Below are positions 59,901 to 64,000 of a stretch of 64,000 nucleotides of DNA, piece after piece; the stretch's first letter is position 1; every line of letters starts with the position of its first letter. Under the pieces are notes generated by a model that was given only the letters and a program-made list of their open reading frames with translations, did no database searches and was not told where the DNA came from. The stretch comes from Thermoplasmata archaeon (lineage in GTDB: Archaea > Thermoplasmatota > Thermoplasmata > UBA10834): positions 166,987 through 230,986 of the forward strand of contig JAEHCM010000001.1 in NCBI GenBank assembly GCA_020696365.1, in the 5' to 3' direction. Made by a program: the position numbers and the translations under genes.

Positions 59901-60017
59901 CTTCTCGACCAGGTATACTTTGAACCCTGAGTCGGCCAGGTCGAGCGCCGACTGCAGGCCTGAGATGCCGCCTCCGACGACCATGACCGCTCCAATCTTG
60001 TCAGTAGCTGCCATCAC
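56976..60017 (-). CDS. hdrA: long HdrA-family flavoprotein (two FAD modules, ferredoxin domains)
   Basis: GGGISG, LDKTFPTNDC..C, two QCVGSR...CS..CC motifs, internal GVFVCHCG, CTPRTH and C-terminal 2x[4Fe-4S]. Confidence 0.95.
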   Translation of the reverse strand: MMAATDKIGAVMVVGGGISGLQSALDLADSGFKVYLVEKQPSIGGAMAQLDKTFPTNDCAMCIMAPKLVATGRHHNIDLITNADIVKVDGQEGNFTVTGKQRALRVDASKCTGCGSCAQKCPIETTDEYNENTKVRKAIFVKYPQAVPLIYSIDPEKCIGCGICAEECKADAVEYDQKEKDFEIKVGSIIVSPGFDEFDARLKAEYGYGVYQNVVSSIEFERILSATGPHFGTVMRPSDGDIPEKIAFIQCVGSRDEKVGNEYCSGVCCMYSIKEAIIAKEHGGNIKPKIFFMDMRAFGKEFEEYYNRAKDEYGIEFVRSRVASVFEDPKTKNLILKYVEKGEPKEEEFGLVVLAVGLRPPEDAEALSKVMNFSLNDDGFCETGAFTPVSTSRPGVFVSGAFSSPKDIPMTVAEASGAAAKAASEIASARDTLVTKKEYPAEIDVSEQEPRIGVFVCHCGINIGGVVKVPSVAEYARSLPNVVYAEENLYTCSQDTQEKIKQMVKEHNLNRVVVASCTPRTHEPLFQNTIKEAGLNAYLFEMANIRDQCSWIHMHEPAAATKKAKDLVRMAVAKSRLLESLENLTINVNQQALVVGGGASGMVAALELAKQGVKVHLVEKEKELGGTLLKLHYLPSGDDPVEYVQSLAKEVASDPNITVYTGKKVKSIDGYVGNFKTTLESGEEMEHGTVIVAVGAQEYKPDGEYLYGKNPGVMTLLEFKDKLKKGEVKGDSYAFIQCVGSREEGHPNCSRVCCTGTMTAAIKVKEKDPDAKVFVLYRDIRTYGFREKYYKEAAEKGVTFIRFEDGTKPQVEDKGGKIEVRVTDEDTGKEVVLTPDNLVLAAGTRPSDGSEELAPMLKVPITKEGFFLEAHMKLRPVDFATEGVYVAGLAHGPKFLDECIGQGLATVSRAMTVLSKTTLEAEGIVAFLDETLCDGCGICVPTCEYKALEIVPDKKDEKKKTLDINVGLCKGCGACVGACPSGALTQMGFSDEQIVAMIDAALEDAAENQEVKQ

Positions 60018-60841
60018 TGCTCACCTCCGATCTCGATGGTCTTGTAGAGCGGTGTGAACCCCTCCGGGTGCTCCATCGCGATCATGCTGTTCTGTCTGAG
60101 TAGGACGATGTGCCTGAGTATCCTGTCCGTGGGTACCTCCATGACCATGCCCAGCTGTTTCACCGATATGGGTCTTATCCGTGCCAACTCGAGTATCAGC
60201 GCCCTCTCGAATTCCTCCTCCGTTGCGACATCTATGATGCCGCTGAGTTTCTCGGGATCGAGCTTGTCACCGTACGCGTTCCCCTTGCTGAGGAGGTTGA
60301 ACTCCTTCCCAACCAGGGCCTTCAATCTGAAAGTCTCGGAGGCGTCGTCAGCGGCTGCGACCTTCGCCTTCATCATATCATCCGTGTGTATCTTGCTCGG
60401 TCCTAGTTTCTGGATCTCCTCGGTGAATTCCGTTACGACCTTGGAGAACTTCTCTCCCTCGGACGCCGAGACCCATTCGAGCCTCAGCCGCCCTTCGTCG
60501 ACCCCCGCTTCTCTGAGCAGCCTCTTCATCAGGTTCACGCGCTTCTCCGTGTGGTAATTGCCCGTCATGTAGTGACAGTCGTTCAGGTGACATCCTCCGA
60601 TGAGGATGCCGTCGGCACCAGCCTCGAAGACTTCGAGTACAATGTGTGGGCTCACCCTCGTGGAGCACATCACCCTGACGAGGCGGATGTTCGTCGGATA
60701 CTGGAACCTGCTGACGCCGCATAGGTCGGCGCCTGCGTACGAGCACCAGTTGCAGAGGAAGCCGACGATCTTCGGCTCCCATTCCTTGTCGGCCTCGGCC
60801 TTCTTCTTGCCGTGATGAGCGGTGTGATGCTTCTCCGTCAT
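60014..60841 (-). CDS. mvhD: MvhD fused to a C-terminal helical/winged-helix domain
   Basis: CNWCSYAGAD, RVMCS and GCHLNDCHY, then about 115 extra residues. Confidence 0.92.
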   Translation of the reverse strand: MTEKHHTAHHGKKKAEADKEWEPKIVGFLCNWCSYAGADLCGVSRFQYPTNIRLVRVMCSTRVSPHIVLEVFEAGADGILIGGCHLNDCHYMTGNYHTEKRVNLMKRLLREAGVDEGRLRLEWVSASEGEKFSKVVTEFTEEIQKLGPSKIHTDDMMKAKVAAADDASETFRLKALVGKEFNLLSKGNAYGDKLDPEKLSGIIDVATEEEFERALILELARIRPISVKQLGMVMEVPTDRILRHIVLLRQNSMIAMEHPEGFTPLYKTIEIGGEQ

Positions 60842-60845
60842 GTCC

Positions 60846-62720
60846 TCACACCTCCTCCAAGGCCGCTTTTGCCTCCGCAAGCAGCTGCTGATCGGTGTAA
60901 TGTGTCATGGTGATGGCACCCTCCGGGCAAGTGGCACCGCAACAACCACAGCCCTTGCACGCTGCGACGATCACCTCGGTGATACCCTCTTCGTTCTTCC
61001 TCAGGGCGCTGTATGGGCACGTTTCGACGCATGTCCCGCAGCCAGTGCACTTCGTCTCGTCGACTATTGAAGTGAGCGCCTCGGCCTGGACGAACCCGTT
61101 CGCAAGAGGTATCGATGCCCTCGAGGCAGCAGCAGCAGCCTGAGAGACGGCCTCCGAGATGTCGGCCGGTCCTCTGCAAGTCCCGCAGACGTACACTCCA
61201 TCGGTCGCGAAGTCCACCGGTCTCAGCTTGACATGCGCCTCTTGGAAGAAGCCGTCTTGTCCGAGCGGGACCTTCAGCAGCTGCGATAGTGTGGCAGCGT
61301 CTGGCTGGGCCACGAGCGGAGTCGAGAGTATGACCAAGTCAACGGGCATCGTCCTCTCCATCTTCAGCGTCTCGTGGAAGTATCCGACCTCGAGCTTTCC
61401 GTCCTTAACGGATACCTTCGGAAGGTTGTCCGGTAGGTATCTGACGAACTTGACTCTCTTCTCCCTAGCCTTGTTGAACTCGAGCTCGTGTTCGACGCCG
61501 TACGACATGACGTCCCTGTTGAACACCGTGACCTCGACACCACTGGACGGAGCGGCCTCCTCGCCGGCCTCATCCTCGTCACCTCGGCCTCTGCCCCGCC
61601 TTCTTCGCCTTCTGTCAGACCCCTCTTCCTCCGCCTTCTTCTCGGCGGCGGGTTCTTCCACGACCTCTCCTGTCTCCGCTGCCTTCTCCTCGGTCACGCC
61701 GAGCATGTTGTCGCGATTCTCGGCAATGTTTATCGCGCTCTTGATCGCGACGTTGCAGCAGACCCTGGAGCAGTATGAGACCTTCTGCCCTCTCGCGCCA
61801 ACGCATTGTATGAAAGCGACGCTCTTCAGCTTGGGCAGTTCCTTCTTGTTGCAGAGCTCCTCGAACTCTGTGGATGTGATGACGTTCGGGTGTTCCTTGT
61901 ACCCGAACAACCCCTCGGGTACCAGCGGGACCGCGCCCGTGGCCACGATGATGGTGCCAACCTTGACTTCTTTGGCCTCAGCCCCGTCCCCTCCTATGGA
62001 GATATCATAGTTGCCTATGAACCCCTCCACCGATGCGACGTGCGAGTTGAGGTGCTGTGTGATGTTCTTGTGGGCGTTCACCTTGTCGATGAGTGGCTTG
62101 ATCGTCTCGTTGGCGCTCTTGGTGGTCATCATGAGGCCGTGCAGGTTCTTCACGAACCCTCCGAGCTCCTCGTCCTTCTCGACGAGGTGCACCGGGAATC
62201 CCATGTTCGCCAGCGACAGCGCTGCCGTCATCCCGGACACGCCGCCTCCGACGACGAGCGCGGTGGGCGTAACATCGACCTTCGTCTCCTCCTGGGGCTC
62301 CAGGAATCGGGCTCTCGCAACACCCATCCTGACCAAGTCCTTCGCCTTCTGGGTCGCCTTCTCCTTCTCTTTCATGTGGACCCACGAGCAGTGCTCACGG
62401 ATGTTGACGAACGTGAACATGTACTTGTTCACGCCAGCAGCCTCGCATGTCCGTTGGAAGAGAGGGGCGTGCGTCCTGGGTGTGCAGCTCGACACTATCA
62501 CTCTGTCGAGGTTGTGTTCCTTGATGCTATCCTTGATGTTGTTGAGACCGTCCTCGGCACATGTGTAGAGGTTGTCCGCTGCGTACGCAACGTCCGGGAG
62601 GGTTGACGCATACTCGGTCACGGCCTTCACATCGACAAAGCCGCCTATGTTGGACCCACAGTGGCAGATGAATACTCCGATCCGTGGTTTCTCCTTCTCG
62701 GTGCTTGTGTTCTCGGGCAT
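60846..62720 (-). CDS. hdrA: HdrA-family flavoprotein (C-module type) with charged insertion
   Basis: GVFICHCG, CTPRTH, GGGVSG, QCVGAR..YCSRVCC and 2x[4Fe-4S]. Confidence 0.93.
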   Translation of the reverse strand: MPENTSTEKEKPRIGVFICHCGSNIGGFVDVKAVTEYASTLPDVAYAADNLYTCAEDGLNNIKDSIKEHNLDRVIVSSCTPRTHAPLFQRTCEAAGVNKYMFTFVNIREHCSWVHMKEKEKATQKAKDLVRMGVARARFLEPQEETKVDVTPTALVVGGGVSGMTAALSLANMGFPVHLVEKDEELGGFVKNLHGLMMTTKSANETIKPLIDKVNAHKNITQHLNSHVASVEGFIGNYDISIGGDGAEAKEVKVGTIIVATGAVPLVPEGLFGYKEHPNVITSTEFEELCNKKELPKLKSVAFIQCVGARGQKVSYCSRVCCNVAIKSAINIAENRDNMLGVTEEKAAETGEVVEEPAAEKKAEEEGSDRRRRRRGRGRGDEDEAGEEAAPSSGVEVTVFNRDVMSYGVEHELEFNKAREKRVKFVRYLPDNLPKVSVKDGKLEVGYFHETLKMERTMPVDLVILSTPLVAQPDAATLSQLLKVPLGQDGFFQEAHVKLRPVDFATDGVYVCGTCRGPADISEAVSQAAAAASRASIPLANGFVQAEALTSIVDETKCTGCGTCVETCPYSALRKNEEGITEVIVAACKGCGCCGATCPEGAITMTHYTDQQLLAEAKAALEEV

Positions 62721-62726
62721 GTCTGT

Positions 62727-64000
62727 TCACCCTCCTCCTGAATTGGCGAGGACTTCCGCTGCCTTGGCAGCCGCACTCGATCCCTGGGCAACGGATTCCG
62801 GGATGTCGGCCGGTCCTGCGCAATATCCCGCGAGGTATATCCCGGGCAGGTCGCTCTTGCCGAAGTCCAGGATGCTGTCGGGAGACTCGAAGAAACCGAA
62901 TTCCGTTAGCTTCAACCCGAGCTTCTTCGCCAGTTCGATAGTGTCCTTCCTGGGAACGAGCGTCGTCGCGAGCACGACTGCGTCGAACTCCTCCGTCTGC
63001 TGCTTGCCCCCCACGTCGAAGACGACCACCGGATTGTTGGTCTCCGCGTTCTCCTGTACGGTTGCATCGGAGTTGATGTAGCTGACTCCGTAATCGCTCT
63101 TAGCCCTCTCGATGTACTCGTTGAAGCCTTTCGCGCAGGCCCTCATGTCCTTGTAGAATATCGTCGAATTGGCGTCTTCATAGTGTTCCCTGGCGAGCAT
63201 AGCCTCCTTTGTGGCATGCATGCAGCACACCGAACAGCAATAGGGATGCCCCACCTGCGGGTTTCTCGATCCGACGCACTGGATGAACGCCAGTTTCTTC
63301 GGATGCTCCCCATCGGATCGCCTCACTATGTGTCCTCCAGTGGGTCCCGAGGCGTTGATCATACGCTCATACTCCATCGCCGTGTAGACGTTGGGATACT
63401 TCTTGTAGCCGTACTCTGAGGCGGATGTCGGGTCCCACACATCGAAGCCCGTGGCGACTATGACCGCCCCCGGATTCAGCGTTACGACCTGGTCCTTCAT
63501 GTTGTAGTCGATGGCATTGGGGCCACACGCAATGGCGCACGCCTCGCACTGGGAGCACGGTCCGCAGTTCACACATCGAGCCGCCTCCTTGAGCGCCTCC
63601 TCCTTCGTGAACACCCTCTCGACCTCCTCGAAAGAGGTCTTGCGCTTATCATCCGGAATGTGTTGCCTGAGGACACGCTCGCTCTTCGGGATATCTCCGT
63701 CCATTCGCGCCTTGATGTCTTCGAGCGTGATCACATGCTCATTCTTCTCCTCTGGTTCCGGCTCGATGCTCTCCCCGTTCAACGACTTCTCGATGTATCG
63801 AGCGGCCTTGTTGCCAGCCGCGAACGCCTCGACAGCCGACGCGGGTCCTGAAACGGCATCTCCGCCTGCGAAGACGCCTGGGATGTTGGTGCTTAGGTTG
63901 CCGGGGTTGACCTCCAGGGTCTTCCACTTCGTGACCGCTAGATCCTTCGAGCCAAGGGCGTCCAGGTCCGGCGCCTGGCTCACTGCTGGGATGACCGTGT
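62727..64000 (-). CDS. C-terminal part of an HdrA/GltD-hybrid (HdrL-like) flavoprotein, 5' truncated by the window edge
   Basis: GVFAGGDAVSGP..VEA...G..AA and FEEVE...EAARC.NC (GltD-like), followed by QCVGSR..YCCSVCC and GPADIP (HdrA). Confidence 0.88.
   Translation of the reverse strand, partial: TVIPAVSQAPDLDALGSKDLAVTKWKTLEVNPGNLSTNIPGVFAGGDAVSGPASAVEAFAAGNKAARYIEKSLNGESIEPEPEEKNEHVITLEDIKARMDGDIPKSERVLRQHIPDDKRKTSFEEVERVFTKEEALKEAARCVNCGPCSQCEACAIACGPNAIDYNMKDQVVTLNPGAVIVATGFDVWDPTSASEYGYKKYPNVYTAMEYERMINASGPTGGHIVRRSDGEHPKKLAFIQCVGSRNPQVGHPYCCSVCCMHATKEAMLAREHYEDANSTIFYKDMRACAKGFNEYIERAKSDYGVSYINSDATVQENAETNNPVVVFDVGGKQQTEEFDAVVLATTLVPRKDTIELAKKLGLKLTEFGFFESPDSILDFGKSDLPGIYLAGYCAGPADIPESVAQGSSAAAKAAEVLANSGGG

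Noticed and set aside
57345-59930. 861-aa plus-strand ORF, and similar long antisense ORFs (9381-10334, 27397-28368, 29377-30204, 30222-31124)
   Set aside because: They are shadows of well-supported genes on the opposite strand, caused by GC-rich codon bias, and carry no recognisable motifs.
53595-64000. Selenocysteine (in-frame TGA) in HdrA, MvhD or MvhA
   Set aside because: The positions that are Sec in some archaea are Cys here, and the frames are uninterrupted.
1-64000. CRISPR arrays, IS elements, rRNA, inteins
   Set aside because: No regularly spaced repeats, transposase/integrase motifs, rRNA-like tracts or intein-sized insertions were seen.

Overview
A gene-dense, GC-rich archaeal chromosomal window, most consistent with an anaerobic Thermoplasmatota lineage. 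The evidence is aTrm56 next to an HD gene, a single-OB SSB, VAT/Cdc48, Sec61beta, BHB-intron tRNAs and GGAGGTGA-type SD sites; the assignment is an inference. Metabolic content: a LeuA-family synthase/LeuCD-like/icd operon, a porCD-A-B operon, a complete his operon (G-D-C-H-A-B-F-IE-PHP), nadE with a divergent nitrilase, and a large hdrA/mvhD/mvhG/mvhA/hypE cluster truncated at the right edge. Other content: redox-stress genes, two ABC systems, elp3, a pair of large TPR proteins, class II lysS, nikR, a secreted clostripain and four tRNAs (three with introns). No mobile elements, CRISPR arrays or rRNA were seen. The most notable observations are: (1) a duplicated HdrA-MvhD-wHTH module with reciprocal fusion/fission and no HdrB/C in view; (2) a degenerate Mrr-TPR-SAP protein coupled to a Zn-ribbon-TPR protein; (3) a circularly permuted ABC substrate-binding protein; (4) a structured his leader with a His-codon uORF; (5) an in-frame TAG in a hybrid kinase and an ATC start in a response regulator. 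All calls come from motif recognition by eye; no database search was run.
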